Source of the DNA: a virus
Taxonomy: Duplodnaviria > Caudoviricetes
IMG/VR virus record: IMGVR_UViG_3300003320_000653
Coordinates: 6,074 to 70,073 of that record
DNA: 64,000 bases
Direction: 5' to 3' (one strand)
The position numbers were made by a program, and so were the translations under genes. Positions 53,228 through 61,707 of the stretch are shown piece after piece. The notes under the pieces are model-generated. The model had not been told where the DNA came from, did not search any database, and saw nothing but the letters and a program-made list of their open reading frames with translations. How positions within the stretch are numbered: position 1 is the stretch's first letter; each line of letters begins with the position of its first letter.

Positions 53228-54607
53228 TTAGTCCTCCCGACGGCGACGACGGGGCTCATCGTCTTCGCTGCTGCGGCGCCTGCGGCTGCCGTCATCGTCG
53301 GCATCGCGGCTTGTGCGGCGCTCACGCATTTCGGCGAGACGATCGTCGTCCTCGTCGCTTGCCCGTCGGCGGCGTCCACCGTCTTCGGGGTCTTCCTTCA
53401 CGCGCTCGCGGCGCTCGCTCTTCGTGAGCTTCATCTCCTCGCAGATCCAGTCGGCCAGGTCTTCCGTGTCCTTGGCGTCCTTGGGATTGATGTCGAGTTC
53501 CTTCTCGTCGATGAGATCCTCGAGTTCGGACTTCGTCATCTCGTGGACGCTCTCCCAGGTCGGCTCGTCGGGGTCGGCATTGCGCCCACGATCGCTGCCG
53601 CGCCGCGATTCGCTGCGGCTGCCGCGGTCGTCATCGTCGCGCTCCGGGCGGCGGCTGGGACGGTCGTCGTCGCGATCCCTGCTGCGGCTACCGCGGTCAT
53701 CGTCGCGGTCATCACGGTCCCGGTCGCGGCTACTGCGTTGCGAGCCCTGGGCGCCGAAGGCCTTGGCGATTTCGTCGTAGCTGTAGAAGACGAGCTGATC
53801 GGGCAACGGATGGTCGACAGCGTAGTCGAGCCACTCATCCTTGCCCAGGCTTGAAGAGCGCCGCGAGACTGTCACGCCCTCGTAGCGGGTCTTCAGGCCT
53901 TGGCCGTTCTTCTCAAACTCGACGTCGTAGCCCTCTTCAGGGTGATCGATCTCCAGCACCTGCCCGCTCTGCTTGTCCTGGCTGACCTTGATGATGTCGT
54001 TGTCGATGGTGTAGCTCATCGGCCACGCCTGGACGCCATCCTTGGCGTGATCGCGGTCGACCACGTAGACGAGGGTGCGGCGCTTGACGTCGAGTTCCTT
54101 GGCGTATTCGTCGTCGCCGTCATCGCGGGCCCGCTGCCGTTCCTCGCAGATGGGGCAAGGGTCACCATTGTGCTTGTTCGGGCACAGATAGCTCTGGCGA
54201 TCGGGGCCAACGCCGTAATGCACATAGAGGTCGATGCCGTAGTGGTCGGCGCCCTTCCACCCAGGAGGAAGGATGCGAACGCGGTTGTCGCCGTCGTTGA
54301 CCTTCCACAACTTGATCTCGGGCTTCAGGAACTTGTCGAAGTCCTTACTGCCGCGCTGACCACGGCGCTTGGTGGCGTCGGGATCGCGGCTTTCGTAGCG
54401 ATAACCGCTGGAGGACTCAGAGCGGCGGCTACCGCGGTCGTCATCGTCGTCATCGCGGCTACGCCTGGATCCCCGGTCATCGTCGTCACGTCCCCGCGAG
54501 CGGCGGCCACGGTCATCGTCTTCGTCACGGCTGCGGCGGCTGCCGCGGTCATCGTCCTCACGCCGGCGCGATCCCCGGTCATCGTCGCGTTCGCTGTAGC
54601 GGCTCAT
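53228..54607 (-). CDS. phage single-stranded DNA-binding protein (gp32-like) with long Arg/Asp/Ser-rich termini
   Basis: Core NRVRILPP, HYG, YLCP.K...D.CPICE, DIDHPEEGYDV...K.G.G..T.Y; located in recA-uvsY context. Confidence 0.75.
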   Translation of the reverse strand: MSRYSERDDDRGSRRREDDDRGSRRSRDEDDDRGRRSRGRDDDDRGSRRSRDDDDDDRGSRRSESSSGYRYESRDPDATKRRGQRGSKDFDKFLKPEIKLWKVNDGDNRVRILPPGWKGADHYGIDLYVHYGVGPDRQSYLCPNKHNGDPCPICEERQRARDDGDDEYAKELDVKRRTLVYVVDRDHAKDGVQAWPMSYTIDNDIIKVSQDKQSGQVLEIDHPEEGYDVEFEKNGQGLKTRYEGVTVSRRSSSLGKDEWLDYAVDHPLPDQLVFYSYDEIAKAFGAQGSQRSSRDRDRDDRDDDRGSRSRDRDDDRPSRRPERDDDDRGSRSESRRGSDRGRNADPDEPTWESVHEMTKSELEDLIDEKELDINPKDAKDTEDLADWICEEMKLTKSERRERVKEDPEDGGRRRRASDEDDDRLAEMRERRTSRDADDDGSRRRRSSEDDEPRRRRRED

Positions 54608-54741
54608 TGCTGTTTCCTTTTCATTCGGGTTTCGTATTCGTGCTTCGAGAGAAAATAGGCGGCGGTGCACAGGCGCACGCCTAGGTAGAGCGCTCCGAGG
54701 CCGACGGCCCCGTAGGCGCAGAACTGGATGAAGGCCTCCAT
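54604..54741 (-). CDS. 45-aa TM peptide
   Basis: MEAFIQFCAYGAVGLGALYLGVRLCTAAYF..., overlap-coupled at both ends; translated manually. Confidence 0.55.
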   Translation of the reverse strand: MEAFIQFCAYGAVGLGALYLGVRLCTAAYFLSKHEYETRMKRKQQ

Positions 54742-55286
54742 TAGTCCTCCGCGCGGCGCCGTGCTCGCGGCGCAATGTGTGATGGCTTGCTCTCATCTAC
54801 GGATTGACGGAAGCGCTGGGCAATGCGTTCGTCGCGCATCTCGCGCTTGGCGTCTTCGCGGGTCATCCGCTCTTGCGGCGACTCACGCGTCCCAGCGGAG
54901 CGCAGGCTGAAGTACTGGCGCCCATAGAGATCAGCGAGAGTGCTGATGCTGTAGCCTCGCTTCTCCCAGGCCTTGAGCAGGCCTTCCCAGAGTTCCAGCT
55001 CCTGCCGGGCCTCCTGAAACGTTCTCCAGGCCCTGACGCGCTCTTCATGCCTGGAGATGCGGGCGCGGATCTGGGCCTCGGTCTGCTTGTCACCGTCGTC
55101 CTTGAGATCCAAGAAAAGGCGGGATTCGATCTTGCCGAGGTCGTCCTTGGCCTGAAGCATGCTCGAGTTCAGCGCCACGACCTCGGCGCTGATGCGCTCT
55201 TGGATCTCGGCCTGGACTTCGAGTTCGTCGTCGAGGCGATGCTTATTGACTGGCAGCATCGCTCGGTATTTCTGCAGCGTTGCCAT
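54741..55286 (-). CDS. UvsY-like recombination mediator
   Basis: Coiled coil with L..EL..QA, TEAQI.A.I, L.A.EKRG..I..LA.LY...YF. Confidence 0.65.
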   Translation of the reverse strand: MATLQKYRAMLPVNKHRLDDELEVQAEIQERISAEVVALNSSMLQAKDDLGKIESRLFLDLKDDGDKQTEAQIRARISRHEERVRAWRTFQEARQELELWEGLLKAWEKRGYSISTLADLYGRQYFSLRSAGTRESPQERMTREDAKREMRDERIAQRFRQSVDESKPSHIAPRARRRAED

Positions 55287-55314
55287 TGGGGTTCCTTTCG
55301 GCTTAGCTATACGC

Positions 55315-56289
55315 CTAGTCGTAGATCAGCTTGCCGCAGGCCAAGAAGATAGGCGCCATCTTGTCGGATGGGTTGCAGGGCTTGCTGAAGACCTGGAGGA
55401 TGTCGAGGAGCCTGGGCACGTCCTTCTCGTTCTTGGGCTTGGCCAGGACTGCGGCGACGTAGAGCGTGACCATGATGCGGATGCTTTCGGGCTGGGCGTC
55501 TTCGACGGCTCCCAGGAGTTTCGTGACCTCGCCCCAGGTCGGCCGACCCCAGCACAGGAGCTTGCACAGCTCGAAGATCTCGGGGCTGTCCATGGCCGTC
55601 TGCAGCAGCGCTGCAGCCTCGCGCTCGTCATCGCAGGAATGAACCTTGGCGAGCATGGTGAGGGCGCCGCGCATGCTCCCCTCGCAGGCGTCGGCGATGA
55701 GCCCAAGGATCTTGCCGCTAGTTCCGTAGCCTTCTTCGTCGCAGACATGCTCCAGAACATCGAGGATCGTGTCACGTTTCAATGGCAGCAGGGAGTAGAC
55801 CGAGCAGCGCGTTGCGATGGCCTTGGGCACCTTGCCTGGATCCGTCGTGCAGAAGAAAAAGAAGACGTGGGGCGGTGGCTCTTCGGTGATCTTGAGCAAC
55901 GCATCCCAGGCGTTCTTACTCAGGCGATGGCACTCGTCGATGATGACGGCCTTGCTGGGATTGGCACCGAAGCCGTTATATCGCAGGCTCGCCGTGAGGC
56001 CGCGTACGTCATCGACGCCGCTTTCACTGGCGGCATCGACTTCGATGAGGTTCGAGGCGTCGCAGCCGCATTCCGTGGCGATGATGCGGGCAAGGGTTGT
56101 CTTGCCAGTGCCAGCGCCTCCAGAGAAGAGATAGGCGTGCGGGCGAGCCTTGGCCTTTAAGGCAGCTGTGATGCTCTTCACGACGGCCGCCTGCCCGACG
56201 ACCTCGCTGAGGCGGCGCGGCCGATACTTCGTGTGGATGGCCTCGGTCGTGATGGCCTCGGCTTCAGGTTCTAATCGCTGTCTTGACAT
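55315..56289 (-). CDS. clamp loader AAA+ ATPase (DnaX gamma/tau-like)
   Basis: HTKYRP..L.EVVGQ, YLFSG..GTGKTTLARI, EVDAAS..GVDDVR, IIDECH.LS..AW.ALLK..EEPP, GSMR.A. Confidence 0.92.
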   Translation of the reverse strand: MSRQRLEPEAEAITTEAIHTKYRPRRLSEVVGQAAVVKSITAALKAKARPHAYLFSGGAGTGKTTLARIIATECGCDASNLIEVDAASESGVDDVRGLTASLRYNGFGANPSKAVIIDECHRLSKNAWDALLKITEEPPPHVFFFFCTTDPGKVPKAIATRCSVYSLLPLKRDTILDVLEHVCDEEGYGTSGKILGLIADACEGSMRGALTMLAKVHSCDDEREAAALLQTAMDSPEIFELCKLLCWGRPTWGEVTKLLGAVEDAQPESIRIMVTLYVAAVLAKPKNEKDVPRLLDILQVFSKPCNPSDKMAPIFLACGKLIYD

Positions 56290-56494
56290 CTCTCTTCCTT
56301 TGCGCCCTGACGTGGGCATTGTGGTTGCTGGTGATAGTTCGGCAGTGCTTGAGCATTTGGTCCGAGCGGTCCACCGAAAGCAGCACGACCTTGCGGCTTG
56401 TCTTCTCGACGATAGGGATGGCTGTCGAGCATTTGGCGATGAGATCCCAGTCTTTGCGCAGAGGGACTTCCCAGAGGGCAAGCTGCTTAGGCAT
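56264..56494 (-). CDS. hypothetical protein
   Basis: 76 aa between pol and clamp loader, AGGAGG RBS. Confidence 0.6.
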   Translation of the reverse strand: MPKQLALWEVPLRKDWDLIAKCSTAIPIVEKTSRKVVLLSVDRSDQMLKHCRTITSNHNAHVRAQRKRDVKTAIRT

Positions 56495-56502
56495 GGGCCC
56501 TC

Positions 56503-59136
56503 CTATCGTTTCTGGCGTTTGTCATGCTTTTCCTCGTAGGGATTGCGGATGTTGAAGAGGACGTCGCTGCGGTAGACCTTGATCTCTTCGAGCTGATGCC
56601 AGCGCGGGCCGGTCGAGGCTTCGACCACCAGCGGGACATTGATGTAATCGAACCTGGGCTTGCACATCTCCTTGGCAATGGCGTCGATGCGCTGCAGGTG
56701 GTCGTGCTGGGGAAGGATGAAGGTCAGGTCGTCGTGGACGTTCAGCTCAGGGCGCCCGTAGGGGTCATCGTTGGCGATTGCTTGCTCCGTAAGGGCCACC
56801 ATGCCCTCGCCCACGATATCGAAGGCCGTTCCTTGGATAGGATGGTTGATGATCTGGTTGCGGGTCATCGGACCCCGGCGCTTGCGACCGCCAAGGGTTT
56901 CGACGTAGAGCGTCTTGGCATAGCGTTCCATGAGGCGGTCCTGCCATTTCTTGACGACCTTAAACTCGTCCCAGAATTCGGCGGCGAGATCCTCGGCAAC
57001 GTCTTCCGGCAGGTGAAGCTGTTCGGCGCAAGACCTGACAGAAGACCCGAAGAGCTGGGGAAACACCCATCCGTTCTTGGCTTCCTGGCGCAGCGTTTTG
57101 AGGCCCTTCTCATCCCAGTCCACGGCAAAGGCCTCGACGATGTAGTCCTTGATCTCGGGGTAGAGATCCACCATGCGCTGGGCCCAGAACTTGTGGACGT
57201 CATAGCCGGTCCAGCAGGCCTTCACGAGAGCCGGGTCCTCGCTGGCCATGCCGACGACGCGGAACTCGATCTGCCCATAGTCCAAGGCCGCCATGATGTG
57301 ATTCGTCGGCGCGTAGATCATGCCGCGAATCTCGCGATGCTTGCGCTTGGGGAAGTTCTGGACATTGGGGTCCTCACTCGCCAGGCGTCCGGTTTCCGCG
57401 ACCATGCTGCTGTATTTGCTGCGGATCTTGCCATCCGGGCATACGATGCGCCGCTCCAGTACGGGCTCGACGTAGGTGCTCTTGAGCTTCGAGGCCCCGC
57501 GGTGCTCAAGAATGAGAGCGGCGCTAGGCACCTCCTGGGCGGGCATCTTGCCCAGGGCTTCTTCATCCGTTGTCAGGCGATAGCCGTCCCGGCCGCGCTC
57601 CTCGACCCGGACCTCGGGGCGCTCAAGGATCTTGTCCATGAGGTAGAGAACGTGGTCGGTGTTGCTCGCCTGGAAAGTCCCCTTGCGCTCCATGAAGCGC
57701 CGGACCTCTGGGGTTCGCCGCAGCTTGGCCTCGATCTTGTCCAGATTATCTTCGAGCTGGTCCGCCATGGCTTCGGCATACTTGAAGTCGACGGGCAGGC
57801 CCTTCTCTTCCATGGCGATGAGCACGGGAGCGAGGCGGATCTTGCGGTCATACTCGTAGCGGTTCTCGGCGTCGACCATGGGCTCCAAATGCAGGCGCAG
57901 CCGATCCGTCCACTTCGTGTCCAGGCCGTTGTAGCGCAGCGTCTGCTTGATGGGGTACTCGAGAATGCGCTTGACATCGATGTTGCTGAGCTTCTTCACA
58001 TCAAAGCCAAAATGCATGAGCGTCTGGTGACCCAGGCTCTTCGTGCCCGCGCGCTCGTCGAGCGTGTGAGCCATCGCCATCGTGTCATCCCACTCCGTCC
58101 ACCAGAGGATCTTCTCCCCGTAGAAGTGGTAGAGCCACTCGAGTTCCATGGCGAGGTTATGGGCGGCTTTGCGCCCGCTCTCCATGATGTATTCGCCGAA
58201 GAGCTGCCTGACCTTGCGGCGCCTGGCGTCAGTGCCCCAGCCCTCGGGGTGATCGATGGCAAAGGCGATGGTTCGCTCGAAGGTCCCGACCGCGGCCATC
58301 CAGATCAGCGGCTTCTTCTGGAAGCCCACGCGAAGCCCGTTGGTTTCCAAGTCAAGGGCCGAGCGCGGAGCCGAGGCGAGATCCGCGAGGGCTCGCTCCA
58401 GCCGTCCCATGTCGCCGTTCTCGGCACCGGTGATGATCTCGATTCCTTCGTCGTAGGGCGGCCGATAGACTCGGGGAGGCTTTGCCATCCCGGACTCCAG
58501 CCTCTCGGCAAGAGCCTTGGCCTTGGCAACGTCGAACTCGAGCGCGAGTTCGTATTCGCTCTTGCCGTAGCCCTTTTTCTTGAAGACGAAATTGGGATAG
58601 AGCAGAGGCACGCAATAGCAAACGTGCTTCCCCACCTGGACCTGGAACACGGAGCCGCGATGCGGCATGACGGTCGAGGTGCTTCCGGTGACCCAGCGGA
58701 ATGGCTCGTCGCCGATCGTCACGATAACCAGGGGCTTGCTTGCCTCGATATCGGCGACGATGCGCGGTCGGCAGCACTCGATCTCTTTGACGGTCTGCTC
58801 GCCCCGGCATTGCGTGATGAAGTTCGAGCGCGCGTCCTTGCGCATGAACTTGGCGCCGAACTTCCCGTAGATCATGTCACCGGCCTTATCGGTCCAGTGG
58901 TTGTTGTCCTCGTCTTCCTCTTTGCTGGGTGCTGAGCCCAGCAAGTAGATCAGCGGGTGACTGGCGCCGCTGGGCTCCATCTTCGGAGACATGAGATCGG
59001 GGTTGTCGTTGTGCTGGCAAACCGAGCAGCCAAGCTGCTGAAGGCTGGCGATCGGGATGACGGCCGAAGCCCTCCTCCCGCCACCAGCCTTCGGCTTTTT
59101 GGGTGTTGCCTTCGTCTCGTTATAGAAGAAGCTCAT
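56503..59136 (-). CDS. family A DNA polymerase with N-terminal UDG-like domain and 3'-5' exonuclease
   Basis: UDG4-like CxxC...GSAP...EIECC; exonuclease LDLETNG; TGRL.S.DPNVQNFP, DYGQIEFR, RQ.AK...F, NHPIQGTA, VHDDL. Confidence 0.93.
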   Translation of the reverse strand: MSFFYNETKATPKKPKAGGGRRASAVIPIASLQQLGCSVCQHNDNPDLMSPKMEPSGASHPLIYLLGSAPSKEEDEDNNHWTDKAGDMIYGKFGAKFMRKDARSNFITQCRGEQTVKEIECCRPRIVADIEASKPLVIVTIGDEPFRWVTGSTSTVMPHRGSVFQVQVGKHVCYCVPLLYPNFVFKKKGYGKSEYELALEFDVAKAKALAERLESGMAKPPRVYRPPYDEGIEIITGAENGDMGRLERALADLASAPRSALDLETNGLRVGFQKKPLIWMAAVGTFERTIAFAIDHPEGWGTDARRRKVRQLFGEYIMESGRKAAHNLAMELEWLYHFYGEKILWWTEWDDTMAMAHTLDERAGTKSLGHQTLMHFGFDVKKLSNIDVKRILEYPIKQTLRYNGLDTKWTDRLRLHLEPMVDAENRYEYDRKIRLAPVLIAMEEKGLPVDFKYAEAMADQLEDNLDKIEAKLRRTPEVRRFMERKGTFQASNTDHVLYLMDKILERPEVRVEERGRDGYRLTTDEEALGKMPAQEVPSAALILEHRGASKLKSTYVEPVLERRIVCPDGKIRSKYSSMVAETGRLASEDPNVQNFPKRKHREIRGMIYAPTNHIMAALDYGQIEFRVVGMASEDPALVKACWTGYDVHKFWAQRMVDLYPEIKDYIVEAFAVDWDEKGLKTLRQEAKNGWVFPQLFGSSVRSCAEQLHLPEDVAEDLAAEFWDEFKVVKKWQDRLMERYAKTLYVETLGGRKRRGPMTRNQIINHPIQGTAFDIVGEGMVALTEQAIANDDPYGRPELNVHDDLTFILPQHDHLQRIDAIAKEMCKPRFDYINVPLVVEASTGPRWHQLEEIKVYRSDVLFNIRNPYEEKHDKRQKR

Positions 59137-59140
59137 GGCC

Positions 59141-60232
59141 TCACTTGCTGCAGTGCGCGATGATGTGGACGAAATTCAGATCCTTGTCGGCGAGGATGAC
59201 GACGCGCTCTGTGAAGCCCAGCAACGCGCAAGACTTCGAGGCGCGCATCACCAGCGCCGGATCGACGTGGAAAGCCTCTTCGGGGTCGTCCTGGTGGGCT
59301 TTGTAGTCCATCTCGTCATCAGCCTCGCCCATAGCCGATGTGGAGAGGAGCCGTAGGTTGCCGTCGCCGATGGTGACCTTGACGGCCTTGTCGTCCTCGG
59401 CGCCGAGAACCAGCATGGCGCGGGTGAAGGCCTGCTCCCATTCATTGGGGATGGCGGCGAGGCGATCCTTGAGGCCCTTGGCGCGCACGTGCTTGCCCAT
59501 CATGGAGGGGAAGTCCAGGGGCTCCAGATCCACGGGGGTCTTGCTGAAGACCTCGGCGGCCTCGCCGAAGCATGCGAGCAGCGCGCCGCCCAACAGATAC
59601 AGCTTGATCTTCTCGTCGGGGAACGCTCGGCTCAGCGCCACGAGCTGCTCACAGAAGAAGCGCGGGAGGATCACTGGCGTGTCGCCCGGCAGCTCCACTT
59701 CGGTCTTGGTCTGAAAACGGCTGATCGTGAAGTTGTCCGTGCTGAAGAGCAGCGCATTGCCGTCGTCATCGCAGTCCAGGGTCACGCCCATCTGAGCGGG
59801 ATGCGTGGGGTCAGTGTTGACGCTCATCAGGCAGCGCTCGATGCCCTTGAGGATGGCGGCGTCGATTGCGATGGGCTTGTCGGCCTTCGTGATCTCCGGG
59901 GGCTGGAAAGGGAAAGCCTTGAGTTCGAGAGTCGGGAGCTTCACCTTGGCGCTTCGACCGCTGGAGAGCACGACCTCCTTGCCCTCGCCGGACTGGAGGT
60001 TGATCTCGTCGCCGCCGAAGCTCTGCAGGCCCCGGATGAGGAGGTCGCCTGGAACGCAGCGCTTGAGGTCGGCCTTGCATTGCACGGAGATGGCTGAGAT
60101 GTCGTTGTAGGCCGTCGCATATTCGCCGTCGAAGCAGATGTGCGTCAGCGCTGGGATATAGGCGGCCGAGGCCAGGGCCGGGCGCACGAGGCCCGCGGTC
60201 TTGAGGAGGAGTTCGCGTTTGATGGCAGGCAT
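59141..60232 (-). CDS. DNA sliding clamp (DnaN beta-like)
   Basis: 363 aa; P.LTHICF......AYND, L.SG.S..KLP.L....FP, FSTDNF.IS, F..A.TRA; adjacent to pol and clamp loader. Confidence 0.8.
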   Translation of the reverse strand: MPAIKRELLLKTAGLVRPALASAAYIPALTHICFDGEYATAYNDISAISVQCKADLKRCVPGDLLIRGLQSFGGDEINLQSGEGKEVVLSSGRSAKVKLPTLELKAFPFQPPEITKADKPIAIDAAILKGIERCLMSVNTDPTHPAQMGVTLDCDDDGNALLFSTDNFTISRFQTKTEVELPGDTPVILPRFFCEQLVALSRAFPDEKIKLYLLGGALLACFGEAAEVFSKTPVDLEPLDFPSMMGKHVRAKGLKDRLAAIPNEWEQAFTRAMLVLGAEDDKAVKVTIGDGNLRLLSTSAMGEADDEMDYKAHQDDPEEAFHVDPALVMRASKSCALLGFTERVVILADKDLNFVHIIAHCSK

Positions 60233-60242
60233 GGCAGGGCTT

Positions 60243-60653
60243 TCAGTTGTAGGCGGCTTCGAGATAGCGGAGGGCGGGGTCCAGGCCATCGACGATGACC
60301 GTGGCGTGGTATTGCAGCCAGAGGCTGAGTTCTTCGCGCGGCTGCATGCTGGCGTTGACGACCACGATAGGCTTGTGCTGCTCCCAGGCAAAGAGGATCT
60401 CCATGCTGGTCCCAACGCTGGGCAGCGCGTAGTAGACGAGGAGCGCCGAGGCCTCCAAGATGTCCGCCTTGTCGGCTTCCACGATGGCCTTGGCGATGCC
60501 TTCCTCGTGCATGCGGGGGCGAGCATCGCGGCGCATCGGGTCGAGGACGGCGTCGTGGCCCCAGACCTTCGCCACGTATTGGCGCCAGTTGTTGCACTCG
60601 GCATCCGTGCGGCCGTGGATGGGCCCGCAGAGGTAGAGCTTATGCTTGTTCAC
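60243..60653 (-). CDS. nucleoside 2-deoxyribosyltransferase / dNMP N-glycosidase-like
   Basis: KLYLCGPI, DP.RR, D..DI......LV.....SVGTSMEI.FA....KPIVV. Confidence 0.85.
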   Translation of the reverse strand: MNKHKLYLCGPIHGRTDAECNNWRQYVAKVWGHDAVLDPMRRDARPRMHEEGIAKAIVEADKADILEASALLVYYALPSVGTSMEILFAWEQHKPIVVVNASMQPREELSLWLQYHATVIVDGLDPALRYLEAAYN

Positions 60654-60835
60654 TTGATTTCCTTCTTTGCTGGTGGTGGAAGAATGCTTTGAGGACTTGC
60701 CCTCGCATGGCTATGGGGATCGACGTAGAAAAAGAAGCTGACGAGGACGTGGGGAAAGACTTTGGAGCCCAGCGTATAGCCGTTCGTCTTGCTGGCCAGA
60801 TGACTGGCGTCCAGACCGGCAAGATAGACCCTCAT
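60650..60835 (-). CDS. small DpdA-N-terminus-like module C
   Basis: MRVYLAG...NGY...HVLVSFFFY; overlap-coupled at both ends. Confidence 0.65.
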   Translation of the reverse strand: MRVYLAGLDASHLASKTNGYTLGSKVFPHVLVSFFFYVDPHSHARASPQSILPPPAKKEIK

Positions 60836-61137
60836 ACAAGCTGAACCCTTGTCTTCGGCGCCTGGACTTCGGCCTGGCTATCGCCTTCATCGAAGATCTC
60901 TTCAGCGTGAGAAGCGAGGAGTGGCGTGAAGGCCTGGGCAAGCTCCTTGGGGTTGGCCTTGCCCTGTGAGGGCACATAGGGATTAGGCATCCCCGAGACG
61001 GCAAGCTGCTGGTCCGGGTTCTTGGTGAACTCGACGAAGCTCACCAGAAGCCTGTTGGCATCACCCGCCAAGAGGCTGGCTCCGTAGCCCGTTGCCATCC
61101 AGTTCTTTGCCGTCGAGCACACGAGGAAGATTCGCAT
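60832..61137 (-). CDS. small DpdA-N-terminus-like module B
   Basis: MRIFLVC...TGY...NRLLVSFVEF; stop overlaps start of module C. Confidence 0.6.
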   Translation of the reverse strand: MRIFLVCSTAKNWMATGYGASLLAGDANRLLVSFVEFTKNPDQQLAVSGMPNPYVPSQGKANPKELAQAFTPLLASHAEEIFDEGDSQAEVQAPKTRVQLV

Positions 61138-61276
61138 AGATTGGGAGGCGCAATTGGCCTTCGAGGAAGTGAAAGCTGTAGAGGGTGAGGCGAAAGTCAG
61201 TGGCGCGCAAGGCATTCACGTAGCCGTCATTGGGACTGGCATAGTTGGCCTTGGCATGCGCCAAATAGACTTTCAC
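61061..61276 (-). CDS. small DpdA-N-terminus-like module A
   Basis: (V)KVYLAH...DGY...RLTLYSFHF; GTG start overlaps upstream TGA. Confidence 0.65.
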   Translation of the reverse strand: MKVYLAHAKANYASPNDGYVNALRATDFRLTLYSFHFLEGQLRLPIYANLPRVLDGKELDGNGLRSQPLGG

Positions 61277-61704
61277 GCCGGGCGCCCGTGCTTGATGATG
61301 AGGCGCTGGATGGCAGCCTTGAGCCTGGCTCGGCGGCCTTGGCTCGGCTCCTTGGCAAGGGCTTCCTTTAGCAGCCGCACGTGCTCAGCCGCAGCTCGGG
61401 GCCAGTTCGCGTATCCCTGACGGGCTCGCTCCTCGTCATCGAGGATCTTTGTCGCGCAGGAGTTCTTGGGAATCGTGACGCTCACCTTGATGGCGACAGG
61501 AACCTGATGGCCGGCAATGACCTTCTTGGAGGCTTCGTCGAACTCGGCTTCTATGCGGACCACCTCAGCGTCAAAGGCATCCCAGTAGGCGCGAGCTTGC
61601 CAGCTCTTGTCCCGGACTTCTCTCGGGAATGGGTGGTTGCGCGGCCCTCGGTTCTTGGCCCCGGCTTTGCCGAGGGCCTCGTAATCAGCTTTTGTCTTTG
61701 CCAT
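61273..61704 (-). CDS. hypothetical basic helical protein in dpd operon
   Basis: 143 aa, GGAG RBS, starts 4 nt after dpdA stop. Confidence 0.7.
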   Translation of the reverse strand: MAKTKADYEALGKAGAKNRGPRNHPFPREVRDKSWQARAYWDAFDAEVVRIEAEFDEASKKVIAGHQVPVAIKVSVTIPKNSCATKILDDEERARQGYANWPRAAAEHVRLLKEALAKEPSQGRRARLKAAIQRLIIKHGRPA

Positions 61705-61707
61705 GGT

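Noticed and set aside
53228-54607. Repetitive DNA (CGATGACGACCGCGG-type) considered as a CRISPR array or tandem repeat element
   Set aside because: Units are irregular, in-frame and encode the R/D/S tails of the SSB; there is no fixed repeat-spacer periodicity.
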